DNA of 64,000 nucleotides, taken from the IMG/VR virus record IMGVR_UViG_3300042879_001731, one strand, 5' to 3'. A model generated the notes under the pieces. It made no database searches and was not told where the DNA came from. It saw nothing but the letters and a program-made list of their open reading frames with translations. Shown one piece after another: positions 1-8,192 of this stretch (the first letter of the stretch is position 1; the number at the start of each line of letters is the position of its first letter). The position numbers and the translations under genes were made by a program. The DNA is from an uncultured virus (IMG/VR IMGVR_UViG_3300042879_001731). Taxonomy: Duplodnaviria; Heunggongvirae; Uroviricota; Caudoviricetes.

Positions 1-240
1 TGCATCAAGCCAAAGAAATGGAGAAAAACAATATATGTGATGCTTGGGATAATGGATATGATAAAGGAACAAGAGATAGGATTGAAAAAATATCAAATCC
101 AGTTGGCAATGCAGAACAATACTACAATCAAACCTATAAATCGGAGTAAGATGAAAGAAGATAAATTTTTAATAAAATCATTGTTGTTAATTATAATCTC
201 AACAATATTAGGAGGGTTAGTTTATTCGTTGTTATTTAAA
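1..240. repeat. Direct repeat copy 1 (copy 2 at 30659-30898)
   Basis: 1-127 identical to 30659-30785; about 6 substitutions over the remaining ~113 nt. Confidence 0.97.
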
Positions 241-250
241 AACTATTAAG

Positions 251-415
251 ATGCCAGATATAGCAATGTGCAAGAATGAGACTTGCAAACTAAAAAAAAA
301 ATGTTACCGATATATGGCAGAACCATCTAAATATTGGCAGACATACGCAGACATAAAGCCTAACGAAAAAGGCGAATGTGATTACTTTATAAAATATATA
401 AAACCAAAAAAATGA
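251..415 (+). CDS. Small Cys-rich phage protein (54 aa, MPDIAMCKNETC...)
   Basis: Read manually; four Cys; stop overlaps the next start (ATGA). Confidence 0.65.
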   Translation: MPDIAMCKNETCKLKKKCYRYMAEPSKYWQTYADIKPNEKGECDYFIKYIKPKK

Positions 416-831
416 GTTACTCACTAAACAATATAAGAAACACAAAAAAAACATTCGGTAAGAACAAACGCTTTCTATTTGATGATTTCCTTATAGCTTG
501 TCCATTTTCTATTGAATACTTGAGACAGAAGAATAGAAAAGCTGAAGTGATGCAATGGCGACAAATAGGTATGAGCTGGTATGCTATGGAGTTTAATTCT
601 CTTACACAAGCTGGAGAGTTCTTTAATCACGATCATTCAACTGTTATACACGCTTTGAAATGTATTCAGGATAGAAAATGGAATCCGTCTTTAGATGAAA
701 AAGTAGATAAAATTCTAAATTTAATAGAACAAGAAATAGAATATAGCGATGAGATAGGAATACGTGAAGTTAATTCGCTTATGTATCTTGAAAAATTAAT
801 CAAAAAGAAACTTGCTTTTGTGGAAAAGTAG
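412..831 (+). CDS. DnaA C-terminal-like HTH DNA-binding protein
   Basis: RQIGM...SLTQAGEFFNHDHSTVIHA resembles the DnaA domain IV signature (RDHSTVIHA). Confidence 0.75.
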   Translation: MSYSLNNIRNTKKTFGKNKRFLFDDFLIACPFSIEYLRQKNRKAEVMQWRQIGMSWYAMEFNSLTQAGEFFNHDHSTVIHALKCIQDRKWNPSLDEKVDKILNLIEQEIEYSDEIGIREVNSLMYLEKLIKKKLAFVEK

Positions 832-861
832 TATATTTACAAACAATTAAAAACAAACACT

Positions 862-1395
862 ATGAAAAATTTATTTAAAGCGTTGGCTGATTTCCAACAA
901 GAAGTACCTGTAATTTTCAAGGCTACAACAGCAGGTAGCGGTAACTTTGCTTACCAGTATGCAGATCTACCTGCAATCTTTAATGTGATAAATCCGCTTC
1001 TACAAAAACACGGATTAGGATTCACGCAATTAACTAACCACAAAGAAGGTATTGACTATCTTACTACGGTAGTATTCCATGTAGAAAGCGGTGAGACTTT
1101 AGAGACATCGCTACGTTTGCTTCCTGAAGTAGAGTTGAAAGGTCAGAATATATTTCAGTCTTATGGTAGTCAACTTACTTACTTTAGACGTTATGGTATC
1201 AGTCAGATTTTAGGACTTGTAACTGACAAAGATACGGATGCTGTAGGTGAGACTACAAAGAAAAAGCCAAAGATTGACAATGATAGACTTGAAAAAGCTA
1301 TTGCAGCTGTTAAAAGTGGTAAATATGAATTAGCTGATATACCGTTAAACTTTGATTTAACTGATGAGCAAATAGAAATACTTGGAAAGGTATGA
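862..1395 (+). CDS. ERF-family single-strand annealing protein
   Basis: YQYADL...INPLLQKHGL, GSQLTYFRRYGISQILGLVTDKDTDA (ERF motif). Confidence 0.9.
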   Translation: MKNLFKALADFQQEVPVIFKATTAGSGNFAYQYADLPAIFNVINPLLQKHGLGFTQLTNHKEGIDYLTTVVFHVESGETLETSLRLLPEVELKGQNIFQSYGSQLTYFRRYGISQILGLVTDKDTDAVGETTKKKPKIDNDRLEKAIAAVKSGKYELADIPLNFDLTDEQIEILGKV

Positions 1396-1427
1396 AAGTA
1401 AGATGTTCAGCAATAGGGAAAGTATAA
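1392..1427 (+). pseudogene. Orphaned 5' end of exonuclease gene (MKVRCSAIGKV*)
   Basis: Start overlaps the ERF stop; resembles FRASSIGDL at the N-terminus of the 2026 exonuclease. Confidence 0.6.
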
Positions 1428-1435
1428 TTTTTTTG

Positions 1436-1443
1436 TATATTTG
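1436..1443 (+). promoter_or_regulatory. Bacteroidota-type -7 promoter element TATATTTG
   Basis: Matches TAnnTTTG; intergenic, upstream of the HNH gene. Confidence 0.7.
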
Positions 1444-1444
1444 C

Positions 1445-1532
1445 AAACGAGGATAGAATGGGTTGATCTCCATTTGAAAGCCGAAGCGTTTACGGTTTCC
1501 TCGTTTCTTTTTAAACGCAATTATTAAAACGC
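1445..1532 (+). ncRNA. Putative structured 5' leader RNA (three-way junction)
   Basis: Closing stem aaacgagga/tcctcgttt, two inner hairpins, loop gcgttta complementary to downstream taaacgc/aaaacgc. Confidence 0.5.
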
Positions 1533-1538
1533 AAAAAA

Positions 1539-2036
1539 ATGCAAGAACAATGGAAGCCAGTAGTCGGCTATGAAGGATTATATGAAGTATCAAATTTTGG
1601 TAGAGTTAAAAGTTTACCAAGATACAAAACAATAAAATCAGAAAAAATTTTAAAGCAAAATTTAAAATCTGAATATTTTTATGTTAGACTTTATAACAAA
1701 TCTTTATATCAAGATATAAAAGTACATCAATTAGTTTCAATGTCTTTTTTAGGATATAAAAGAAATGGATTGCAAGATGTAGTTGTAGATCATATTAATG
1801 AAAATAAACTTGATAATAATTTAAACAATTTGCAATTAACAACTCAAAGGTATAATTCATCTAAATCTAAAATTAGTAATACAGGAATTACAGGTGTTTA
1901 TAAAACTAAATACAATAAATTTAGAGCAAATATAAAAGTGGGTTCTAAACAAATTCATTTAGGATATTTTAAAACAAAAGAAGAAGCACATTTAGCTTAT
2001 CAAAACAAATTAAAAGAAATACAAAATGGAAGATAA
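1539..2036 (+). CDS. NUMOD4-HNH homing endonuclease with AP2-like C-terminus
   Basis: EQWKPVVGYEGLYEVSNFGRVKS (NUMOD4), VDHINENKLDNNLNNL (HNH), HLGYFKTKEEAHLAY (AP2-like). Confidence 0.92.
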   Translation: MQEQWKPVVGYEGLYEVSNFGRVKSLPRYKTIKSEKILKQNLKSEYFYVRLYNKSLYQDIKVHQLVSMSFLGYKRNGLQDVVVDHINENKLDNNLNNLQLTTQRYNSSKSKISNTGITGVYKTKYNKFRANIKVGSKQIHLGYFKTKEEAHLAYQNKLKEIQNGR

Positions 2037-2709
2037 AATATTATTTAGAGCAAGTTCAATAGGTGACTTAATGACTGAAAGTAGAACTAAATCAGAAAAA
2101 TTAAGCAAAACAGCAAAAGCGTATATTCAGAAAGTATTTAAAGAAAGAGAATTTGGATACTATGAGAATATAAATAGTAAGGCTATTGATAAAGGAATAG
2201 AAAACGAAGATGAAGCTATACAATTAGCGTCTGAAGTTTTAGGGTGGGATTTCGTAATTAAAAACGAAGAGAAATATTCAAATGAATATGTAAATGGAAC
2301 TCCTGATGTAATTACAAAGGACTTACTTGCAGATATTAAGTGTAGTTGGAATATGGGTACTTTTCCTATATTTGAAGAAGAAATACCAACTAAAAATTAT
2401 TGGTGGCAATTACAATGCTATATGTGGCTTACTGGACATTCTACCTCTGAATTGGTTTATGTACTCACAAATACACCCGAACAAATAGTTGAAGACGAAA
2501 TAAGACGTATGCACTGGAAGTTAAATAAAATTGACGAAGATTTAGACTTACGTGAAGCAGTACAGAGCCAACACAACTTTAATCACTTACCAAACGAACT
2601 ACGCATTAAAAGATTCATCGTAGAGAAAGACGAAAAAGCTATTGAGCAGATTAAAGAAAAAGTAGAGATAGCAAGAGACTATTATGAAACGCTAAAAAGT
2701 ATATTATGA
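2026..2709 (+). CDS. YqaJ/lambda-Exo-like PD-(D/E)XK exonuclease
   Basis: GTPD...DIKCS, YWWQLQCYMWLTG; partner of the ERF gene. Confidence 0.85.
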   Translation: MEDKILFRASSIGDLMTESRTKSEKLSKTAKAYIQKVFKEREFGYYENINSKAIDKGIENEDEAIQLASEVLGWDFVIKNEEKYSNEYVNGTPDVITKDLLADIKCSWNMGTFPIFEEEIPTKNYWWQLQCYMWLTGHSTSELVYVLTNTPEQIVEDEIRRMHWKLNKIDEDLDLREAVQSQHNFNHLPNELRIKRFIVEKDEKAIEQIKEKVEIARDYYETLKSIL

Positions 2710-2915
2710 AAACGGCAATGCAGGAACTAATTCATATTATGAGTAATAGTGTTAGTTTAGAAAACGGATTTGAATGGAAGAGGGTAGCTAATTTATTACT
2801 TGAAAAAGAAAAAGAGCAGATATTAAATGCTTTTGAAAATGGAGAGGTCTGCACATTATTTAAAAATGAAGATACTTCAGAACAATACTATAATAAAACC
2901 TTTAAATCAGAGTAA
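2706..2915 (+). CDS. Small MKTA...EQYYNxTFKSE family protein
   Basis: Paralogous to 30568-30807 at both termini. Confidence 0.75.
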   Translation: MKTAMQELIHIMSNSVSLENGFEWKRVANLLLEKEKEQILNAFENGEVCTLFKNEDTSEQYYNKTFKSE

Positions 2916-2916
2916 G

Positions 2917-3117
2917 ATGAAAGACACAATAGTAGAATCCGTTATTAAGCAATTTAAAGACCGCTCAGACGTCGGAATAGCTAAATACGGAGTAACACTT
3001 AACAGAGAAGATTTAAGCACGTTAGAATGGATAAATCATGCGCAACAGGAAGCTATGGATTTCTGCTTATATTTGGAGCGTTTAAAACAAGAATTTAATA
3101 ATCAAAAACAAAAGTAA
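2917..3117 (+). CDS. Small helical protein, possibly MazG/dNTP pyrophosphatase-like
   Basis: GIAKYGVTL...HAQQEAMDFCLYL; start moved to ATG 2917. Confidence 0.5.
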   Translation: MKDTIVESVIKQFKDRSDVGIAKYGVTLNREDLSTLEWINHAQQEAMDFCLYLERLKQEFNNQKQK

Positions 3118-3118
3118 A

Positions 3119-3340
3119 ATGAGAATACAAGATATATTACATTCAACAATAAAAAATCAATATAAAAATAATATTGATAAAGTAATAGAATATAAAACAG
3201 AAACAATATATGTGAAAACTACAAAAACAAATAAGAAAATTCTTTGTGATTTTTGTAATGAATTACAAATAAGTCAATCAGAATTTATTTCTCTATGTAT
3301 TGAAAATATTAAAAGATTTAATAACCAAAAACAAAAGTAA
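3119..3340 (+). CDS. Putative ribbon-helix-helix DNA-binding protein
   Basis: TIYVKTT...ILCDFCNELQISQSEFI pattern; flanked by 31-bp direct repeats. Confidence 0.5.
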   Translation: MRIQDILHSTIKNQYKNNIDKVIEYKTETIYVKTTKTNKKILCDFCNELQISQSEFISLCIENIKRFNNQKQK

Positions 3341-3341
3341 A

Positions 3342-3587
3342 ATGAGTTACGACAACACGAACACGGCAGTTATTTTTAAGAATAACAAGAAAGAAAACGA
3401 GAAACATCCTGACTACCGAGGGACTATTAACGTAGACGGAAGAGAATTAGAAATAAGCCTATGGATCAAAGAAGGTAAAGCAGGTAAATTCTTTTCGGGT
3501 AAGATTCAAGAACCATTTAAAAAAGAAAAAGAATTAAAAAGTTTCTCAGAAAAGATTGGTAAAGATTCTTCAGGTTTGCCATTTTAA
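3342..3587 (+). CDS. Putative small ssDNA-binding protein (DUF736-like)
   Basis: FKNNKKENEKHPDYRG...ISLW, C-terminal LPF tip. Confidence 0.7.
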   Translation: MSYDNTNTAVIFKNNKKENEKHPDYRGTINVDGRELEISLWIKEGKAGKFFSGKIQEPFKKEKELKSFSEKIGKDSSGLPF

Positions 3588-3611
3588 AACAAAAACTAAA
3601 GAAAAAAGTTA

Positions 3612-3718
3612 TATATTTGTAAAAGGTTTGCTCTCACACTATAAAACCTAAAAAAAATTAGTTTGTCCTGATTAACAAGTAGCGAGGTGAGAGCCGTGAA
3701 AGTTGGTCGGGACTTTTT
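3612..3718 (+). promoter_or_regulatory. TATATTTG promoter followed by two-hairpin kissing-loop leader/attenuator
   Basis: aggttt/aaacct and gtcctgattaac/gttggtcgggac hairpins with complementary loops gctctcac/gtgagagc; T-run after hairpin 2. Confidence 0.6.
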
Positions 3719-3735
3719 ATTTTAAATTATTTATC

Positions 3736-3924
3736 ATGTATTACAAATCAACAAACAATTACTATTTAATTAGCTGCAAAATTATTGATGATCCAGTTTC
3801 TGGAATATTAGGAATAGATGCAACATATTCAAATGGATTAATAGAACGAACTGAATATTTTAATATAGGTGAAAATATACCTACAATTCTTAATAACGAT
3901 GGCAAAAGAATTACCTTACTATAA
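3736..3924 (+). CDS. Hypothetical protein
   Basis: ORF track; ATG at 3736 after the leader. Confidence 0.5.
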   Translation: MYYKSTNNYYLISCKIIDDPVSGILGIDATYSNGLIERTEYFNIGENIPTILNNDGKRITLL

Positions 3925-4537
3925 GCACGAACCTTCTGAATGGTTAGAAGGAGAAATACAAATTTGTTCAGATGAAGCTATTGTATGTTTTATTAATTTA
4001 TGTTCAGGATATTGGTTGAAATTAGGATGCATGAGTTATGCATTTGCATTGCAAAAGTATTGCAGACGTAATGGAAATATATTGCAAGAGTTAGTTGATG
4101 CTGGTATGGTTGATTTAAATAATGAAAATATTTCAATAAAATTCCTTGACAAACAGCTTTCAGAGTTTAATAATGTTAGCGAAAAACGCAGTAAAGCTGC
4201 ACAAAAGAGATGGTCAGATGCAAATGCATTGCAAGTGCAATCCAAAAGCAATGCTATAAGAGAAGATAAGATAAGAGAAAAGAATATATTTATACCACCT
4301 ACATTTAATGATGTTTTAGAATATTGTATGCAAAGAAAAAATAATGTAGATATAAATAAATTTATAGACTTTTATGAATCTAAAGGTTGGATGATTGGTA
4401 AAAATAAAATGAAAGATTGGAAAGCATGTATTAGAACATGGGAAAAAACTTCGATAGAAGCTCCTAAACAACAAGCTAAATCTGAAGATCAAATAAGATA
4501 CGAACACGTAATGAAACAAATGGAACTGAACAAATGA
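3899..4537 (+). CDS. Phage replication initiator (lambda O/DnaT-like)
   Basis: MAKELPYYK N-terminus; C-terminal FIPPT...FIDFYESKGW...KDWKACIRTWE; directly upstream of helicase. Confidence 0.75.
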   Translation: MAKELPYYKHEPSEWLEGEIQICSDEAIVCFINLCSGYWLKLGCMSYAFALQKYCRRNGNILQELVDAGMVDLNNENISIKFLDKQLSEFNNVSEKRSKAAQKRWSDANALQVQSKSNAIREDKIREKNIFIPPTFNDVLEYCMQRKNNVDINKFIDFYESKGWMIGKNKMKDWKACIRTWEKTSIEAPKQQAKSEDQIRYEHVMKQMELNK

Positions 4538-5472
4538 TACTACAAAACGGACATAGCACACAATATCTAAACGACTATAAAAACGGGAAGATATCTCAAG
4601 GCTTGGGTATAGGATGCGTATTAGATGAATATATCAGATTTAAACGTAAACAACTCAATATCGTTTTAGGACATGATAACGTAGGTAAATCATATTGGAT
4701 GGAATGGTATTTCCTTGCGTTAGCTACTAACCATGATTTAAAAACTGTTGTTTGGATGGGTGAGAACTCAAGTGGTCAAGTAATGCGTGATTTGATACAG
4801 ATGTACTCAGGCAAACATTTTAAGGATTTAACTTACGATGAGATACGCAAACACGAATCATTTATTGAATACTATTTTAAATTCTTAAGCAATGAAAAAT
4901 TATACAAACCAAAAGAGGTTTTAGATATAATTGGTTCTACAGATGCTGATGTAGGATTTATTGACCCATTTACAGGATTAGATAGAGGTATGCAGCATTC
5001 AGATAACTATGAGTTTTTAAATACAACACGGCAATTTTGTAATCAAACTGGAAAGACTTTATATGTATCAACACATCCTAATTCAGAAAGTGGAAGAAGT
5101 GGTATGTTATACGGAGATGATTTTCCTGAATGGAAAGGACATTTAAAACCACCACTTAAAGCTCATATAGAAGGAGGAAAACCTTTCTTAAATCGTTGTG
5201 ATGATATGTTAATCATTCATAGATTAGTTAAACATCCTACAATGAAATATTCTACAATGATAGATATAGAAAAAATAAAAGACAGAGACACTGGTGGACA
5301 GTGTACTGAATTAGGTGTGCCATTACTATTTGATTTCAATAGTGGGTTAGGTTTTAAGATTGGCGGTATTGACCCTATAAAAAGACGAAATAATCCGATT
5401 AATAACGAAACACAATCTTTTTACAGGATATTAGAACAGAATGCTAACTTTGACGATCAATTACCTTTTTAA
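4534..5472 (+). CDS. DnaB/RecA-fold (SF4) replicative helicase
   Basis: Walker A GHDNVGKS, Walker B GFIDP, STHP, KIKDR. Confidence 0.8.
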   Translation: MILQNGHSTQYLNDYKNGKISQGLGIGCVLDEYIRFKRKQLNIVLGHDNVGKSYWMEWYFLALATNHDLKTVVWMGENSSGQVMRDLIQMYSGKHFKDLTYDEIRKHESFIEYYFKFLSNEKLYKPKEVLDIIGSTDADVGFIDPFTGLDRGMQHSDNYEFLNTTRQFCNQTGKTLYVSTHPNSESGRSGMLYGDDFPEWKGHLKPPLKAHIEGGKPFLNRCDDMLIIHRLVKHPTMKYSTMIDIEKIKDRDTGGQCTELGVPLLFDFNSGLGFKIGGIDPIKRRNNPINNETQSFYRILEQNANFDDQLPF

Positions 5473-5481
5473 ACACGAACT

Positions 5482-5745
5482 ATGGTAGATTACACATTAG
5501 CATTAATAAACATAGACCTAACAATAAACAAAATGTTGTTCAGGCTAAAATTAGAGGATTTAAGCGACAAAAAAAGAAAAGGAATACAAACTATCATCAA
5601 AGACTTAGAAAAGGCTTCAGAAGTCATTAAAATGCAAAATACAGAGATAGAATACCAAATACAAACTAACTCGAAATTGTATTTAGAGAATCTAAAGCTA
5701 AAAAGAATGATAGAAGAACTAACAAAAACAGGACTTGAATTATAA
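5482..5745 (+). CDS. Hypothetical coiled-coil protein
   Basis: ORF track; its TAA stop is the TAAC of hairpin site 1. Confidence 0.7.
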   Translation: MVDYTLALINIDLTINKMLFRLKLEDLSDKKRKGIQTIIKDLEKASEVIKMQNTEIEYQIQTNSKLYLENLKLKRMIEELTKTGLEL

Positions 5746-5833
5746 CGTTTTGCGTATATGTGCAGTACGCATAGATGGAACTTTAAATTAACAACAAATG
5801 CCGAAAGCGTATTGCACATATACGCTGTTAGGC
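5740..5833 (+). repeat. attC-like hairpin site A1 (long)
   Basis: ttataac, 19-bp stem 5752-5770/5807-5825, gttaggc (fits GTTRRRY). Confidence 0.85.
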
Positions 5834-5845
5834 GCAGTTAAAATT

Positions 5846-6070
5846 ATGGAAACGAAAGAAATAATAAAATTGATGTTGAAATCATCAGACCACAACCCAT
5901 ACACAGGGATGTTATCAAAGAAAGACAATTTAATCGCAGCGATTGACTTGGCTAAATTGTGTAAAGACTTTGCAGATAAAGGACAAATGGACGAAGCAAT
6001 GAACATTGAAAGTGAACAATGGGTTGTGGTCATTTCTGAACTCGAAGGTATGTCGCTTAATTGCGCCTAA
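5846..6070 (+). CDS. Cassette gene, hypothetical protein (METKEIIK..., 74 aa)
   Basis: Single ORF between sites A1 and A2; stop lies in gcctaac. Confidence 0.75.
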   Translation: METKEIIKLMLKSSDHNPYTGMLSKKDNLIAAIDLAKLCKDFADKGQMDEAMNIESEQWVVVISELEGMSLNCA

Positions 6071-6196
6071 CGTTTTGCAGATAAGCGAAGGCAAAGATTT
6101 AGAAACTAAAATTTTAACTTTAAAACAAATTTAATTATGAAAACGAGAACATCAATTTACCACAGAACCTTTGCTTTTGCTTATGTGCTGTTATAA
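6065..6196 (+). repeat. attC-like hairpin site A2 (long)
   Basis: gcctaac (fits RYYYAAC), 20-bp stem 6077-6096/6169-6188, gtta at 6190. Confidence 0.85.
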
Positions 6197-6264
6197 GCTG
6201 GCTGCGGATTATTAACTAAAAAATTAAATTGAAGCACTAAACAAAAGAATTAAAAAAAAGAGGG

Positions 6265-7038
6265 ATGGAAATAAATAAAATATACAACGAGAATTGCCTT
6301 GATACAATGGCTAAAATGCCTGATAATTTTATTGACTTAACTGTTACTTCACCGCCTTATGACAATTTGAGAACTTATAATGGCTATTGTTTTGACTTTG
6401 AAAATGTAGCTAAGGAACTTTACAGGGTGACTAAGGAACAAGGTGTTTTGGTTTGGGTAGTAGCTGATTCTGTGATAGATGGCTCTGAAAGTGGAAATAG
6501 TTTTAGGCAAGCATTGTATTTTAAGGAACAAGGATTTAACCTGCACGATACAATGATATATCAAAAAAACAGTTATCCGTTTCCGCCTACAAACAGATAT
6601 TATCAGCAATTTGAATATATGTTTGTTTTTAGCAAAGGAAAGCCTAAAACTACTAATTTACTAAAATGTGAAAGCGGTAACAAAAAGCGTAAATCTACAC
6701 AAAGGAATAAGGATGGAACGACAAGTTCATTTACATCAGAAGGTAACAAAGAAAGGATAATGGACAATGTTTGGATTGAAGATACTGGATATATGAGAAC
6801 GACAAAAGACAAATACGCATTTAAGCACCCTGCAATGTTTCCTGAAAGTTTATGTGAAAAACACATACAAACTTGGAGCAATGAGAGTGATTTGGTTTAT
6901 GATTGCTTTATGGGAAGCGGGACAACCGCTAAAATGGCAATTTTGAATAATAGAAAATATATTGGAAGTGAGATTTCAGAAGAATATTGTAAGATTATCG
7001 AAACTCGTATTAAAGAGTGCGGTGGGCTTTTTTTTTAA
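6265..7038 (+). CDS. Cassette-borne beta-class amino-DNA methyltransferase (N4-mC/N6-mA)
   Basis: TSPPY catalytic motif, HPAMFP, DCFMGSGTT SAM-binding motif. Confidence 0.93.
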   Translation: MEINKIYNENCLDTMAKMPDNFIDLTVTSPPYDNLRTYNGYCFDFENVAKELYRVTKEQGVLVWVVADSVIDGSESGNSFRQALYFKEQGFNLHDTMIYQKNSYPFPPTNRYYQQFEYMFVFSKGKPKTTNLLKCESGNKKRKSTQRNKDGTTSSFTSEGNKERIMDNVWIEDTGYMRTTKDKYAFKHPAMFPESLCEKHIQTWSNESDLVYDCFMGSGTTAKMAILNNRKYIGSEISEEYCKIIETRIKECGGLFF

Positions 7039-7086
7039 TTCTTTTGAAACGAAATTGTCAAACGAAGCAGGAACGTAGCAGCTTGC

Positions 7087-7156
7087 TTATAACACAAAAG
7101 CAGGCGCAGTATTATTGCGCTTGCTGACTGTTAGAAAGCCGTTTTAATGGCGTAAA
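7087..7156 (+). repeat. attC-like hairpin site A3 (short, putative resident site)
   Basis: taac 7090...gtta 7133; homologous to 32039-32105 including downstream cgttttaatggcgtaaa. Confidence 0.85.
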
Positions 7157-7171
7157 AATTAAACTTAGATT

Positions 7172-7696
7172 ATGAAAAAATGCCGTAACTGTCAAGAAAG
7201 ATTTAATCCTATACGTTCAACGCTTGAAAAGTATTGCCAAAAAGACGAATGTATCAGAGCAATGGTCTGCGAAACAAAAGCGAAACTCTGGAAGCAGAAT
7301 AAGAAAAAGATGAAAGAGGATATAATGACTGTTCAAGACTACATGAAAGTAGCACAGCAAACTTTTAATAAATATATCCGTCTTCGTGATCAAGGAAAGA
7401 ATTGTATTTCATGTGGCAAAATCCCAAAGAAAGAGAACGCAGGACATTTCTATTCAGCTGGAACACACACAGCAGTAAGGTTTGACGAACGAAATGTACA
7501 TTTACAATGTGAACACTGTAATTCATATTTGAGCGGAAACTTATTAATGTACAGAGACAACTTATTAATTAAGTTGGGATATGAAGAATTTGAACGTTTA
7601 ACAGTTGAAGCTATGTTAACACGAAAATACACACGAGAAGAATTAAAAGAAATAATTAACACATATAAGTTAAAAATAAAATCGTTTAAAAGTTAG
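7172..7696 (+). CDS. ninG: NinG/Rap-like HNH junction endonuclease
   Basis: FNKYIRLRD..CISCG...AGHF...RFDERNVHLQCEHCN. Confidence 0.9.
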   Translation: MKKCRNCQERFNPIRSTLEKYCQKDECIRAMVCETKAKLWKQNKKKMKEDIMTVQDYMKVAQQTFNKYIRLRDQGKNCISCGKIPKKENAGHFYSAGTHTAVRFDERNVHLQCEHCNSYLSGNLLMYRDNLLIKLGYEEFERLTVEAMLTRKYTREELKEIINTYKLKIKSFKS

Positions 7697-7738
7697 ACTA
7701 TATAAACAATAAAACTATATTTGACAAAAAATAACACT

Positions 7739-8047
7739 ATGAAAGATTACGACAGCTTTAGAATTTATGACTTTACTGGATTCGAGAAAGAGTTTGAGTT
7801 CAGCATGAAAGTAGACGGAAAGTGGCAAGATTTTACCTGTACTGCTGACTTCCGCGTTGTATATGATACACCTTCAGATAATTTCAATATGATCTTGGAT
7901 AAGGCAAAAGTGACGATGTACGATGCAACTAAAGAAGATTATGTGAACTATAGCCTAAATAAAGACGAATTCGATACCTTACAGGCTTGGATGCATGATT
8001 CAACTCATTGGGATGAGTATTATGAGTATATGAACTATAACGATTAA
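7739..8047 (+). CDS. Hypothetical protein
   Basis: ORF downstream of TATATTTG at 7716-7723. Confidence 0.65.
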   Translation: MKDYDSFRIYDFTGFEKEFEFSMKVDGKWQDFTCTADFRVVYDTPSDNFNMILDKAKVTMYDATKEDYVNYSLNKDEFDTLQAWMHDSTHWDEYYEYMNYND

Positions 8048-8192
8048 GCTATGTTTTTATATTTCTTAGTAATATCCTATTTGTCCTTAGTGTTTTCATA
8101 TATTTCATATAAGACAGAAAATATTATCTTTGCGTGTATCTTGTTAATCATAGCAGGTTTAAATTTAATTTGTTTAACTATATCTTGTTTCG

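Noticed and set aside
1..240. DGR template/variable repeat pair (1-240 vs 30659-30898)
   Set aside because: Mismatches are not adenine-specific and no reverse transcriptase is visible
37..249. 70-aa ORFs 37-249, 2827-3117 and 30695-30907 as called
   Set aside because: 5' parts overlap the real KSE-family gene in another frame; true starts are likely 151, 2917 and 30809
5740..7133. CRISPR array or simple terminators as the explanation for the hairpins
   Set aside because: Stems differ in sequence, spacers are whole genes, loops reach ~70 nt and there are no U-tails
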